NCBI GenBank assembly: GCA_963702005.1 | Contig: OY969696.1 | Span: 1,952,001-2,016,000 of the forward strand | From: Candidatus Aminicenantes bacterium | GTDB lineage: Bacteria; Acidobacteriota; Aminicenantia; Aminicenantales; JAFGBC01 | Direction: 5' to 3' | DNA: 64,000 nucleotides | In this document: positions 48,538 to 58,958 of the stretch, piece after piece | Layout: each line of letters opens with the position of its first letter | How positions within the stretch are numbered: position 1 is the first letter of the stretch | Translations under genes and position numbers: made by a program | Notes under the pieces: model-generated | What the model was told of the DNA's origin: nothing | What the model saw: the letters and a program-made list of their open reading frames with translations, nothing else | Database searches by the model: none

Positions 48538-49800
48538 ATGGAATTTAAAGAAAATAGCCGGGTCGAAGCTCGGCGGGCGATATGTTCGGCGATCGTTGGC
48601 GCCATTTTGCTGAGTATTCCGGCTCGGCCCGCTTCAGCCACCGAGTTCGACAAGCCCCTGAACGTTTCGAGAAGCCGCACGCGAACCGATACGCTGGCCG
48701 CCATCGCCGTCGACCCGAACAACAAGGTCCATATCGCCTGGAACGCGTTTTATCCTAAAACCGGAGCCCCCGACGGCGTCGCGGCGGATATCTATTACAC
48801 GACCAACGTTTCAGGCAAGTTCAGCGCGCCCGTCAGAATCAGCGTCCCGGCCGGCTGGTACTCGCGGGATGCCTCCATCGCCGTTGACGCGAAAGGACAT
48901 GCCCATATCGTCTTCCGGAGGAGCATGGACCAGATGAGCGTCTTGAGCGGGGACGATCTCTATTACGTGACCAACGCGAAGGGCGATTTCAAGCACCCGG
49001 TCCTATTGGTCGACGGGCAGTCTAAAACAAAACCAATGGGCCCCGGTGAAGTTGAGGCGCCACACTGCCCGCTTGTCCACTGTGATGGGCAGGGCCATGT
49101 GCATCTTACGTTTCTGGCCGAAGCAATCGGCAGCCAATGGTTGAAGGCTTATGTCGTTTATATGAACAATCGATCGGGCGCCTGGACGAAGCCCGCTCTC
49201 GCCGTCCAGGGAGATTTTCTCATCGAACACTCTTCGTGCCTGGATCGGAATGGTTTTGTCCATATCGCGTTTCGAGCGAACGATGCAAAGCAGATCGGCC
49301 GTATTTTCTATTCAAATAATAAAAGCGGGAAGTTTTCTGAGCCGATTAGAGCCTCTTCTTCAAAACATGAACATGCTAGCGAACCCCAAATTGCCACAGA
49401 TAGCAAGGGGAAGGCCCATATCGTCTTCAGGGCGCCCTACGTCACGCCCGGGACGCCGGATCTTTTTTATGTGAACAACGTCACTGGGAGTTTCAAGTCC
49501 TGGAAGCCCGTTTGCGTCGATAACTGTAATTATATTCCTCAGATCGCCGTCGATTCCTCCAACATCGTCCACATCGCCTATAAAGAGTTCATCGTATATG
49601 GCGGCTATCTCCATTACGGTAACAACGGCACGGGCGAATTCAAGTTTACGACATATGGGGGACTGAGCGCTTCCTGGTACGTCGGGTCCCGTTACTTCGC
49701 TCTCGGAAAAGGCGCGAGTCTTCACTTCGCGGTCTATGACTTCGTGGATAATCCCCCCGACGAGGAGATTTTTTATCTGAGCGGATCCTGGGCCAAGTGA
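48538..49800 (+). CDS. Secreted beta-propeller-like repeat protein
   Basis: Signal peptide; repeated IAVD..G..HI.(W/F)...Y.TN..G.F. Confidence 0.7.
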   Translation: MEFKENSRVEARRAICSAIVGAILLSIPARPASATEFDKPLNVSRSRTRTDTLAAIAVDPNNKVHIAWNAFYPKTGAPDGVAADIYYTTNVSGKFSAPVRISVPAGWYSRDASIAVDAKGHAHIVFRRSMDQMSVLSGDDLYYVTNAKGDFKHPVLLVDGQSKTKPMGPGEVEAPHCPLVHCDGQGHVHLTFLAEAIGSQWLKAYVVYMNNRSGAWTKPALAVQGDFLIEHSSCLDRNGFVHIAFRANDAKQIGRIFYSNNKSGKFSEPIRASSSKHEHASEPQIATDSKGKAHIVFRAPYVTPGTPDLFYVNNVTGSFKSWKPVCVDNCNYIPQIAVDSSNIVHIAYKEFIVYGGYLHYGNNGTGEFKFTTYGGLSASWYVGSRYFALGKGASLHFAVYDFVDNPPDEEIFYLSGSWAK

Positions 49801-49829
49801 CCGCGAAGGGATGATGTCAAAAAAGACGG

Positions 49830-51002
49830 CTACTTGAGCTTTTCCTGGCCGGCGAAAGAGCGGTAGGGAGAGAGGTAAGTCAGGGTTTCTTCATCCTCCG
49901 CGGTCGTCTTTTTCAGGACCATCCGGGTCAGCAGCTCTCCCAGGCCCGGCCCGAGCATGAATCCCTGGCCGCACATGCCGGCCGCTTGCAAGAAGCCTTC
50001 GGCCTCTTTCGACCAGCCCACGACCGGGAAGCCGTCCGGCGTCATGGGGTAGAGGCCGCGCCAGGTCCGTCGAACCCGGATATTCTTGAGCCGGGGCATG
50101 AGGTCAACCATCCTTTTCGCGACCATTGGCAGGAACGAGCTTGTCTCCCTGACGTCCTCGCCCCAGATGCTGGGGCTGGGCGTGATGCAGAAGATGACCT
50201 GCCCCGTGAAGTGCTGGTAAAAATAGTAGTTGGCCGATCCCGCCACGGGCTGGGTGTCCACGACCAGCGGGCCGAGGAAACGGGCCACCGGCTCGGTCAC
50301 GGCCGCTTCGTGGGAGTCGGGCCGGACGGGGATATCGCTCCCGGCCATCGCGGCCACGGCCTTGGCCCTGGGCCCGGCGGCGTTGATGACGACCGGCGCG
50401 AAGTACTCGCCCTTGTCGGTCTCGACCCCCCGAATCAGCCCGGCTTCGATGAGGAGGCTCATCGCCGTTTCGCGGAAATGAAAGTCCGTCCCCAAGCCCT
50501 TCGCCCGCCTGAAAAACGCCCAAGCGGAGAGCAGGGGAGAGGCGTTGCCGTCGTCGGGCGAGAAGGTGCCGCCCCTCAGCCCGCGCGGGTTGAGGTCGGG
50601 GATGATCCTAAGCAGGTCGCGCCCCTCGTGCCAGTCGATGGCGAGGCCGAACTTCTTCTGGACGGGGAGGAGCTCCTTGAGGATCTGTTCCTCTTCGTCC
50701 CCGTAGGCGACGAAGGAATAGCCGCCCTTGAACCATTCGAGGTCATCTCCGTGAGTTTCTTTCCAGCTCGCGAAGATCTCCAGGCTGCGCAGGCAGAGCC
50801 GGATCTTGGCCGGGTCGGAGTGGGTCGCCCTGAGCCCTCCGATGGCACGCTTGTTCGATCCCTGGCCGGCGCTGGGAAGCTCGTCGAGGACAAGAGTCCT
50901 CAGTCCCGCCTCGGCCAGCGAGCAGGCGGCCGGCATTCCGATGCTTCCCGCGCCGATGACGATGACGTCGTAGTTTTTGCGAGCCGGGGCCGGAGCGGTC
51001 AT
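49830..51002 (-). CDS. FAD-dependent oxidoreductase (sarcosine oxidase / proline dehydrogenase beta-like, DAO family)
   Basis: VIGAGSIG, VINAAG, RTWRGLY.MTPDG.P, G.CGQGFM. Confidence 0.88.
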   Translation of the reverse strand: MTAPAPARKNYDVIVIGAGSIGMPAACSLAEAGLRTLVLDELPSAGQGSNKRAIGGLRATHSDPAKIRLCLRSLEIFASWKETHGDDLEWFKGGYSFVAYGDEEEQILKELLPVQKKFGLAIDWHEGRDLLRIIPDLNPRGLRGGTFSPDDGNASPLLSAWAFFRRAKGLGTDFHFRETAMSLLIEAGLIRGVETDKGEYFAPVVINAAGPRAKAVAAMAGSDIPVRPDSHEAAVTEPVARFLGPLVVDTQPVAGSANYYFYQHFTGQVIFCITPSPSIWGEDVRETSSFLPMVAKRMVDLMPRLKNIRVRRTWRGLYPMTPDGFPVVGWSKEAEGFLQAAGMCGQGFMLGPGLGELLTRMVLKKTTAEDEETLTYLSPYRSFAGQEKLK

Positions 51003-51003
51003 C

Positions 51004-53097
51004 TCAGGCTTCTTCCTCGTCGGCGCCGGCGAAGGTTCCCAGCGGGACCTCCATAAACAGCGGCCGCTTGAGCTGGTCCACGACCTCGGCGTCGGGGACG
51101 CCCTCCTCCCAGAACAGGCGGCGGATGAGCGGCGTGCAGGTTTTGGCGCCGCAGGATCCCATGCAGGCCCGGGTTACGGCTTTGATCTCGCTGATGTCCC
51201 GGCTGCCCCCCCGGATGAGGGCCCGGATTTCGCCGGCCGTCACGCGCTCGCAGCGGCAGATGATCGTGTCGTCCTCCATGCGCCGGACCCAGGCCTCGAG
51301 AGGGACGCTCGCCTCCTTCTCCTGGACGCGGATGCCCGCGATCTTCTTGGCGATGGACCGGGGCGCCCTGACCTTGACCAGGACGGTCCGGTCGTTGGCC
51401 TTGATCGCCTTGACCTGGACGACCTCGACCTCGCCCAGCGGAACGGCCTCGGTGTCCATGACCCAAACTCGATCGCCGGGCCGTATGCCCTCCCGGAGGA
51501 ATTCGTAGGGGATGGTGACGATCGGCCGCTCGGCGTCTTTTCTATAATCGACGAGCGTGATAGCCAGTCCGGGGCAGATCGTGACGCACTTTTCGCAGCC
51601 CGAGCATCCCTTTCCGGCCGGCTCGCATTCGAGAACGGGAAGGTCGCGGATGTCTTGGGACTTGATCTTGATCAACCCGCGCGGGCAGGACGTCGCGCAA
51701 GGATCGCAGGGGATCTCCTGGACGCAGTGGAGGATGGGCAGTACGCCCGCCTCGTCCGGCGGATAGGTCTCGGGGACGGTTTTCCCCGGCTTGGATTTCA
51801 AGATCTCGGCCGTCCGGTACCAGTCCGGCGAGATCTCGACGGCGCCGCGGCCCAGCTGCCCGGCGATCTCGAGGCCCTTGATTTTGCCCGAGAAGATGGC
51901 GGCCGAAGCCTCGGCGATCTCCTCGGCGTCTCCGGCAGCGAAGACGGGAAGATCGTACTCGCGGGCCTTGAGCAAGAACTCGTCGACGGGGTCGAGGCCG
52001 ACCGCGATTAAGACCGTGTCGCAGGCGAAGGAGCGCTCGGTCCCCGGCCGGGGCTCGAAGCGCTCGTCGACGGCGGCGATCGTCACCGATTCGACGGATT
52101 CCCGGCCGTTGGCGCTCACGACCGTGTGGCGGGTCCAGATCGGGACGCCGAAGCGGGCCAGCTTGTCCTTGTGGACCTTGTAGCCGCCGCACTCGGGCAT
52201 GGCCTCGACCAGGCCGACGACCGCGATGCCGGCCTGGAGGGCGTGGTAGCCGGCGATCAAGCCGACGTTCCCGCCGCCGACGATGAAAAGCTTTTCGGTG
52301 GGCCGGACCAAGTCGCGGTTGACAAGGGTCTGGAATGCGCCGGCGCCGTAAACGCCGGGCAGGGTGTTGCCGCTGAAGGCGAGGGTCTTCTCGCGGGCGC
52401 CGCAGGCGACGAGCAGGACTTCGGGCCGGACGAGGACGTAGCGGCGGCCGTCCTTGAGGACGCCGACCTTCTTATCCGAGTAGACGGCCAGGACCGCGCT
52501 CTGGAGCCAGATCCGGACCGAGGGAAAGGAGCGGACCTCGGCCTCGAGCTTGGTCGCGATGTCGATCCCCCGCGTGCCGGCGTAAACCGTGTCCTGGGAG
52601 CCGAAGAAACGGTGGGTCTGGAGCACGAGCTTACCGCCCAAGCGGTGCTTATCGTCGACGAGAAGGGTTTCGATCCCGCGCTTTCCGAGCTCGACCGCCG
52701 CGGACAGCCCGGCCGGCCCGCCGCCGATAATGAGGACCCGGACCGGAATTTCTTCGATGTCCTTCAGCCGGGGGGCCGCCTCGACCTTGGGCAGCTCGGG
52801 AAGGGCGTCAACCGGCTCGACCTTCATCCCGGGCCGGACGAGCTCCATGCAGGACTTGACCGGGAAGCCGTCGGCGAGGACGAGGCACTGGGCGCATTGG
52901 CCGTTGGCGCAGAACAGACCTTGGGCGGCGCCGTCCTTGGGATGATGGCCGAAGACGCGCACCCCGCGGGCGAACAGAGCCGAGGCGATGGTCTCGCCGG
53001 CGCGGGCCGAGTAGGCCCGGCCTTTCCAGGAGAAGGGGACGGCCTGTTTGGCCTCGACGGCCAGGATCGGGTGCTCTTTGATCCTGAACTCGGTCAC
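51004..53097 (-). CDS. Multidomain flavoprotein: 2Fe-2S, pyridine-nucleotide oxidoreductase, 4Fe-4S ferredoxin and BFD-like domains
   Basis: CANGQCAQC, IGGGPAG, VGGGNVG, CDPC..SCP / CSGCEKCVTICP, ICRCE...ACMGSCGAKTC. Confidence 0.88.
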   Translation of the reverse strand: MTEFRIKEHPILAVEAKQAVPFSWKGRAYSARAGETIASALFARGVRVFGHHPKDGAAQGLFCANGQCAQCLVLADGFPVKSCMELVRPGMKVEPVDALPELPKVEAAPRLKDIEEIPVRVLIIGGGPAGLSAAVELGKRGIETLLVDDKHRLGGKLVLQTHRFFGSQDTVYAGTRGIDIATKLEAEVRSFPSVRIWLQSAVLAVYSDKKVGVLKDGRRYVLVRPEVLLVACGAREKTLAFSGNTLPGVYGAGAFQTLVNRDLVRPTEKLFIVGGGNVGLIAGYHALQAGIAVVGLVEAMPECGGYKVHKDKLARFGVPIWTRHTVVSANGRESVESVTIAAVDERFEPRPGTERSFACDTVLIAVGLDPVDEFLLKAREYDLPVFAAGDAEEIAEASAAIFSGKIKGLEIAGQLGRGAVEISPDWYRTAEILKSKPGKTVPETYPPDEAGVLPILHCVQEIPCDPCATSCPRGLIKIKSQDIRDLPVLECEPAGKGCSGCEKCVTICPGLAITLVDYRKDAERPIVTIPYEFLREGIRPGDRVWVMDTEAVPLGEVEVVQVKAIKANDRTVLVKVRAPRSIAKKIAGIRVQEKEASVPLEAWVRRMEDDTIICRCERVTAGEIRALIRGGSRDISEIKAVTRACMGSCGAKTCTPLIRRLFWEEGVPDAEVVDQLKRPLFMEVPLGTFAGADEEEA

Positions 53098-53252
53098 AAA
53101 CGCCTCCTCGGCTGCCGGCGAGGCGCCCGAGTTCGCGGTCGCCCTCCGGTAAAGAGGCGTATTATAGCACAAGCGGTTTCGGCGGAAAACAGGTTGTCAG
53201 TCCGTGTTCAGCGGTGATAGACTGAAAACGGATCGCAAACCTGGAGGACGAT

Positions 53253-53921
53253 ATGAGACGAACCCTGGCCTTGTTCTTGACGGCGGCTTTCATCCTGGCG
53301 AGCTTCTCCTGCGCGTCCATGAACCGGACCCAGAAAGGGGCGGTTATCGGCGGCGCCTCGGGCGCGGTCGTCGGCGGCGTCATCGGGAAGGCGGCCGGCA
53401 ACACCCTGCTGGGCGCCATCCTGGGCGCGGCCATCGGCGGCGCGGCCGGCGCCTACATCGGCCACTATATGGACAAACAGGCCGCCGAAATGCAGCGAGA
53501 CCTGGAGGGGGCCAAGGTCGAACGGGTCGGGGAGGGGATCAAGATCACCTTCGATTCGGGGCTTCTCTTCGACGTCGACAAGTCCGCTTTGAGGGAAGCC
53601 AGCAGGAGGAATATCGAGAAGCTCGCCCAGATCCTTCAGAAGTACCCGGACACAGACATCCTGATCGAGGGCCATACCGATTCGAGCGGACTCGACGAGT
53701 ACAATATGCGGCTGTCCCGCGAGCGGGCGTCGTCCGTGTCGGATTACCTGGCCGTTCAAGCCGTCCGGTCCTCCCGATGTACGGTCATGGGCTACGGCGA
53801 GTCCCAGCCGATCGCGACCAACGACTCGGCCGAGGGGCGGCAGATGAACCGGCGCGTCGACGTCGCGGTCATGGCCAACGAAAAGCTCAAGAAAGCCGCC
53901 CAGGAAAAGACGCGGAGCTGA
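53253..53921 (+). CDS. OmpA-family lipoprotein with glycine zipper (YiaD-like)
   Basis: Lipobox SFSC, GAVIGG zipper, YMDKQ, EGHTD, LSRERA, NRRV. Confidence 0.92.
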   Translation: MRRTLALFLTAAFILASFSCASMNRTQKGAVIGGASGAVVGGVIGKAAGNTLLGAILGAAIGGAAGAYIGHYMDKQAAEMQRDLEGAKVERVGEGIKITFDSGLLFDVDKSALREASRRNIEKLAQILQKYPDTDILIEGHTDSSGLDEYNMRLSRERASSVSDYLAVQAVRSSRCTVMGYGESQPIATNDSAEGRQMNRRVDVAVMANEKLKKAAQEKTRS

Positions 53922-53962
53922 GGGCGCCCTTCCGCTGAGACGACGGTGCGGCCGGCCGCCGA

Positions 53963-54508
53963 TCAGACCGTGTGGTCGTGCATGATCCGCCAGCCCTTGG
54001 GGGTATGGCGGAGGATGAGGGTGAAAGCGCCCCCCTTTTTCTCGCCGCCGACGTCGAGCGCCCACTGGCCGAGGACATAGGCGAAGTTCTTGCCGAGCAG
54101 CCGGATCTCGAGGTTGGAGAAATCGAGCGTCCCCATCTTCCCGGAGGGATAATTCTTTTGATAGCGGTTCATGACGGCGCCCCAGCCGTGGAGGACCTTG
54201 GTTCCCGAAAGGAAGGTCAGGTCCTTGGACTTCCAGTAGGAGTCCATGAATCCGTCCAGCTTTTTCGCGTTCCAAGCGGCCTTCTGAGCGTCGAGGACGG
54301 CCTTGATCCCGGCTTCGTCGCCCTTGTTTTCGGTCGTTTTGGGTTTCGTTTTCTGGTCGGGTTTGGTCGACTTGGTTTTTGTGTCTTGTTGGACCGGCGT
54401 CGCAGTTTTCGGAGCGGCCGGCTTGTCCTTTTTTTCCTGGAAGGCCCTGCCGGCCCCGGCCAACGCCAGGATGAGGAGCGCCGTCACCGCGATGATTCTC
54501 TTGTTCAT
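53963..54508 (-). CDS. Secreted DUF4440/SnoaL-like protein
   Basis: AWN...LDGFM..YW, MGTLDF, FTL......GWRI.HDH. Confidence 0.85.
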   Translation of the reverse strand: MNKRIIAVTALLILALAGAGRAFQEKKDKPAAPKTATPVQQDTKTKSTKPDQKTKPKTTENKGDEAGIKAVLDAQKAAWNAKKLDGFMDSYWKSKDLTFLSGTKVLHGWGAVMNRYQKNYPSGKMGTLDFSNLEIRLLGKNFAYVLGQWALDVGGEKKGGAFTLILRHTPKGWRIMHDHTV

Positions 54509-54563
54509 AGCGCCTCCGTCATACCCGATCATTATCCGCCCGCTCCGCACCTTTTTCAACCAT

Positions 54564-54619
54564 AAATTCTGGGGACACACGACTTAATTCAGGAATTAAG
54601 TCGTGTGTCCCCAGAATTT
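54564..54619. repeat. Perfect 27-bp-arm palindrome (REP-like) between divergent genes
   Basis: AAATTCTGGGGACACACGACTTAATTC-AG-exact reverse complement. Confidence 0.88.
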
Positions 54620-54660
54620 CGGGCGTATAATTGAACGGTAAGACCACGAGGAGGACCCCG

Positions 54661-56535
54661 ATGCGGACGCGATCCTTTTTGGTTTCGGCCAAGGCCGCCG
54701 CGGCTCTGGCCGCCCTGGCCCTTATATCGCCGGCCCCCATCGCAGGCGCCCGGACGGAAAAACCCGTTCTTTACGCGAGCCATTGGCTGGCCATCACCGG
54801 GAAACCGCTCGGCGCGACGGCCGGGGCCAAGATTTTTGAAAAAGGCGGGAACGCCGTCGACGCGGCCTGTGCCATGCTGGCCGCCGTCTGCACCATGTAC
54901 GATGTCCTGAGCTGGGGCGGCGAAACCCAGGCCTTGATCTATAACCCGCGGACCAAGAAGGTCGTCGCCGTCAACGGCCTCGGGGTCGCCCCGACCGGAG
55001 CGACGCCGGAGTTCTTCAAGTCCAAGGGACTGGCCTATCCTCCCGCCTACGGTCCGCTGGCGGCCGTGACGCCGGGGACGCCGGGCGGCCTGATGCTCAT
55101 GCTGGCCGAGTACGGGACGATGAGCCTCAAGGACGTCCTGGCCCCGGCCCTGGCGATGGCCGAGGGCTACCCGATCGATGCCCAGCTCGCGGACAGCATC
55201 GAACGGAACAAGACGCGGATAAAGGAATGGCCCTATTCCCGGGCGGCTCTCCTTCCGCATCCCGGCGAAGCGCGCGAAGCGCCCTGGCCGGGCGAGGTCT
55301 TCCGCCAGCCCGAGCTTCTGGCGACCCTCCGCAAGCTCGTTGAGTCCGAGCAGAGCGCCCTGGCCCAGGGCAAGGACCGCAAGCAGGCCATCTGGGCCGC
55401 TTACGATCGCTTCTATAAGGGGGACATTGCCCATGAGTTCGTCCGGGGCTGCCGGGAGCAGGGCGGCCTCATCACGCTCGAGGACCTCGCCCGCTGGAAG
55501 CCGCTCGTCGAGGAGCCGGTCGTGGTTCCCTACAAGGGGATCGAGGTCTACAAGCTCTCCTGCTGGGTTCAAGGTCCGGTCATGCTCCAAACGCTCAACA
55601 TCCTGGAAGGGATGGACCTCAAAGGGATGGGATTCAACACCGCCCGCTATGTCCACGCCCTGTACCAGGCCATGAACCTGGCCTTCGCCGACCGGGATTT
55701 TTACTACGGCGACCCTTACGTTCCCCCCGAGGAGCCTTTGAGCGGACTCCTCTCCAAGGATTACGCCCGGGCGCGGGCCGGCCTCATCGATTGGGAAAAG
55801 AACGACCCGGCCGTCAAGCCCGGCGATCCCTATCCGTTTGAGGGAAAGGCCAATCCCTATCTCGACCTCCTCAAAAAGTGGGGGAATCCCGCGAGCTCCT
55901 CGGCGGCCGCCGATCGGGCGCCGTCCGAGAGGCCGTCGAGCGAAGGATTCCGGGCGGGGACGACCTCCATCCAAGCCGCCGACGCCGAAGGCTGGGTCGT
56001 CTCCGTGACGCCGAGCGGCGGTTGGATCCCGGCCTGCCTGGCCGGGACGACCGGAGTCGGGATGAGCCAGCGGATGCAGAGCTTCGTCCTCGACGAGGCC
56101 GCCAATCCCTTCAATGTCCTGGCGCCTGGGAAGCGCCCCCGGGCGACGCTCACGCCGGGGCTGGCCCTCAAGGACGGAGCGCCGTTCCTGTCCTTCGCCG
56201 TCCAGGGAGGCGACACCCAGGATCAGAATCTCCTCCAGTTCTTCCTGGACGTCGTCGAGTTCGGGATGAACGTTCAGGAGGCCTGCGAGGCGCCGAACTT
56301 CACGAGCTTCCAGATGCGCAGCTCCTTCGACGAGCACAAGGCCGAGCCGGGCAAGCTCGAGCTCAACGAGGGGACGCCCCAGGACGTCCGGGACAGGCTC
56401 AAGGCGATGGGCTATGCTTTGACTTTCAACAAATACACCTCGGGTCCGATCAATGCCGTGTTCTTCGACCGCAAACACGGCACGATGTGGGGCGGCTCGA
56501 GCAACTTCGGCGAAGACTACGGCATCGGGTGGTGA
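54661..56535 (+). CDS. ggt: Gamma-glutamyltransferase family protein
   Basis: GGNAVDAA, LAFADRD.YYGDP, GTT nucleophile, PGKRP..TL.P, GGD.Q. Confidence 0.88.
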   Translation: MRTRSFLVSAKAAAALAALALISPAPIAGARTEKPVLYASHWLAITGKPLGATAGAKIFEKGGNAVDAACAMLAAVCTMYDVLSWGGETQALIYNPRTKKVVAVNGLGVAPTGATPEFFKSKGLAYPPAYGPLAAVTPGTPGGLMLMLAEYGTMSLKDVLAPALAMAEGYPIDAQLADSIERNKTRIKEWPYSRAALLPHPGEAREAPWPGEVFRQPELLATLRKLVESEQSALAQGKDRKQAIWAAYDRFYKGDIAHEFVRGCREQGGLITLEDLARWKPLVEEPVVVPYKGIEVYKLSCWVQGPVMLQTLNILEGMDLKGMGFNTARYVHALYQAMNLAFADRDFYYGDPYVPPEEPLSGLLSKDYARARAGLIDWEKNDPAVKPGDPYPFEGKANPYLDLLKKWGNPASSSAAADRAPSERPSSEGFRAGTTSIQAADAEGWVVSVTPSGGWIPACLAGTTGVGMSQRMQSFVLDEAANPFNVLAPGKRPRATLTPGLALKDGAPFLSFAVQGGDTQDQNLLQFFLDVVEFGMNVQEACEAPNFTSFQMRSSFDEHKAEPGKLELNEGTPQDVRDRLKAMGYALTFNKYTSGPINAVFFDRKHGTMWGGSSNFGEDYGIGW

Positions 56536-56537
56536 GG

Positions 56538-57824
56538 ATGGCTGACGCGACCGCTTGGGCGCGGATCCATCCCGCGATCCGCCGCCGCTTCCCCCGGCTC
56601 GAGGCGGACCAGTTCGGGAACCGCCGCCTCTACCTCAACAGCGCCGCCGGGAGCCTGATGGTAGACAGCGCCGTCCGAGCCCTATCCGAGACCGCGCTGG
56701 CGATGAATCCGATGCCGGGGCAGGTGGTGCCGGCCGAGCGGGCCACAGCTGACCTCCACGCGCGTGTCCGGAACGTTGCCGCCGATTTTCTCCACGCCGC
56801 GAGCCCGGGCGAGGTAAGCTTCCACATCTCGTCGACGGCCGCGCTTTCGGCCCTGTCTTATGCGATGCGGAGCATCCTGAAGCCCGAAAACAACATCATC
56901 GTCAGCGACCTCGACCACATGGCCAACATCTCGCCCTGGGAGGACCATTGGGGACGAGAGCGAGGGCTGGAGATCAGGAGGGCGCGTGTGACGCCGCAGG
57001 GGCGTCTCGACGTCGACCACCTCTTGTCGATCGTCGACGAACGGACCGGCATCCTGGCCGTGACCATGGCCTCGAACGGCCTGGGCACCGTCGTTCCCCT
57101 CAAAGATGTCGTCAGGGCCGTCAGGTCTAAAGTTGCCTCGTGCCGTGTCGTCGTGGACGCCGTCCACCATGCTCTGCACGGGCCGATCGACGTCGGCGAC
57201 ATCGGCTGCGACGCGCTGGTCTTCTCGGGCTATAAAGTCTTCGGCCCCATGATCGGGGTCCTCTGGATTCAGGACGGCCTGGGGCGCAAACTTGAGCCCT
57301 ACCGCGTCGAAACCAATAAGAACGAACCGCCCTACAAGTTCGAGATGGGGATGCTCAACAACGCCGTCCTGGCCTCACTCGAAGCCGCCCTCGAATACCT
57401 GCTCGAGGTGGGGGAGATGCTGGGACTGGAGATGAGCGGGGCAGCCATGGCCGGGCCGGAGCGATTCCGGGCCGCCGTCGATTCCGTGGCCGGCTACGAA
57501 GCGGGGATCACGGAGGCCGTCCTGTGCGGGTTCCGGACGCTCGAGCCGGAGGCGGTGCGCCTGTTTGGTCTGGACGATCCGGCTCGGGTTTCGGAGCGTG
57601 ATCCGACCTTCGCCTTCGAAGTCCGGGGCTGGAGCGCGGAGGAGACCAAGCTCCGGTTCTGGCGCGAGCACAAGATCCAGATCGCGGACGGAAACCACTA
57701 CTCGGCGGCCGTCGTCCGCCATCTCGGCCGGCCCGCTCTCTGTCGGGCGAGCTTCGCTCACTACGACACGGCCGATTCGGCGCGGCGTTTTATCGATGCC
57801 CTCGGGGAGATCAGCAAGAGGTGA
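56538..57824 (+). CDS. PLP-dependent aminotransferase class V, cysteine desulfurase-like
   Basis: LDHMANISPW, VDAVH, FSGYK.FGP, RASFAHY. Confidence 0.85.
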   Translation: MADATAWARIHPAIRRRFPRLEADQFGNRRLYLNSAAGSLMVDSAVRALSETALAMNPMPGQVVPAERATADLHARVRNVAADFLHAASPGEVSFHISSTAALSALSYAMRSILKPENNIIVSDLDHMANISPWEDHWGRERGLEIRRARVTPQGRLDVDHLLSIVDERTGILAVTMASNGLGTVVPLKDVVRAVRSKVASCRVVVDAVHHALHGPIDVGDIGCDALVFSGYKVFGPMIGVLWIQDGLGRKLEPYRVETNKNEPPYKFEMGMLNNAVLASLEAALEYLLEVGEMLGLEMSGAAMAGPERFRAAVDSVAGYEAGITEAVLCGFRTLEPEAVRLFGLDDPARVSERDPTFAFEVRGWSAEETKLRFWREHKIQIADGNHYSAAVVRHLGRPALCRASFAHYDTADSARRFIDALGEISKR

Positions 57825-57831
57825 TGCTGCC

Positions 57832-58944
57832 ATGAAAAATACTAAGCCCCTGACGGCCGTTTTGGCCGCGGCCGCGGCCGTTATCGTTTCGGCCGCCCCA
57901 CGGTCCACGGTCCAGGCGCCCAAGATCGCGTTCAGTCCCGAGCGCTATGTCTGTCTAAGGGTGGAGACACCGCTCCGGATCGACGGCGCGCTGGACGACC
58001 CGTCCTGGGCCAAGGCGGCCTGGACGAAGGTCTTTGCGGACATCGAAGGAGATCTCAAGCCCAGGCCTCGATTCAAGACGCGGGCCAAGATGCTCTGGGA
58101 CGACGAGTTTTTCTATGTCGGAGCCGAGCTCGAAGAGCCCCATGTCTGGGCGACGCTGACAAAGCGGGATTCCATCATCTTTTACGACAACGACTTCGAG
58201 GTCTTCATCGACCCCGACGGGGACACCCATAATTATTACGAGCTCGAGCTCAACGCGCTGGGCACGGTCTGGGACCTTTTCCTGGTCAAACCCTACCGGG
58301 ACGGCGGGCCGGCCCTCCATGCCTGGGACATCCAAGGCCTGAAGTCCGCGGTCGCCGTGCAAGGGACGCTCAACGATGCCCGAGACAAGGACCGGGGTTG
58401 GACAATCGAGATCGCGTTCCCCTTCGAGGTCCTCAAAGAAACCCTTCCAGGCAGAAAGCTTCCGGCCGCCGGAGCTATTTGGCGGGTTAATTTCTCGCGT
58501 GTCGAGTACCGGGTTGAGTCCTCCGGCGGCGCCTATAAAAAGGTATTAGATCCGAAGACTCAGAAGCCCTTTCCCGAGGACAACTGGGTCTGGTCTCCCG
58601 AGGGTCTCGTCAACATCCATCTCCCCGAGATGTGGGCTTATGTCCTATTAGCGGGGGCGCCGGAGGCAACAGCCGCCTCCGGATTCCCCCCGGCCGGGGA
58701 CGAGGCCGCGAAATGGGCGCTCCGCAAGGTCTATTATCGGGAATGGGCTTATCATGATGAGCACGGAGTCTTTAGCGGCGACCTCAAGGCTTTGGGACTC
58801 GCCGACGATCCCGATCTCAAGGCGGCCGGCGCCGATTCCCGGTTCGAGATCCGGATCACCCCGAGCCTGTTCGAAGCTTGGCTGACGACATCGAACGGCG
58901 CCGCCTGGCGAATCCGTCAGGACGGATTGGTATGGAAAGATTGA
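57832..58944 (+). CDS. Secreted CBM9-like protein
   Basis: IDG.LDD..W, KMLWDD, DNDFEVFIDP, YYELELNA, WRVNFSR. Confidence 0.85.
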   Translation: MKNTKPLTAVLAAAAAVIVSAAPRSTVQAPKIAFSPERYVCLRVETPLRIDGALDDPSWAKAAWTKVFADIEGDLKPRPRFKTRAKMLWDDEFFYVGAELEEPHVWATLTKRDSIIFYDNDFEVFIDPDGDTHNYYELELNALGTVWDLFLVKPYRDGGPALHAWDIQGLKSAVAVQGTLNDARDKDRGWTIEIAFPFEVLKETLPGRKLPAAGAIWRVNFSRVEYRVESSGGAYKKVLDPKTQKPFPEDNWVWSPEGLVNIHLPEMWAYVLLAGAPEATAASGFPPAGDEAAKWALRKVYYREWAYHDEHGVFSGDLKALGLADDPDLKAAGADSRFEIRITPSLFEAWLTTSNGAAWRIRQDGLVWKD

Positions 58945-58958
58945 AAGAGGTGAAAGTC

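Noticed and set aside
49801-49820. CCGCGAAGGGATGA, resembling the reverse complement of the D/E left end
   Set aside because: Too short and lacks the hairpin
55878-56537. Extension of the 648-aa ORF suggesting a fusion
   Set aside because: Alternate-frame read of ggt; the real start is 56538
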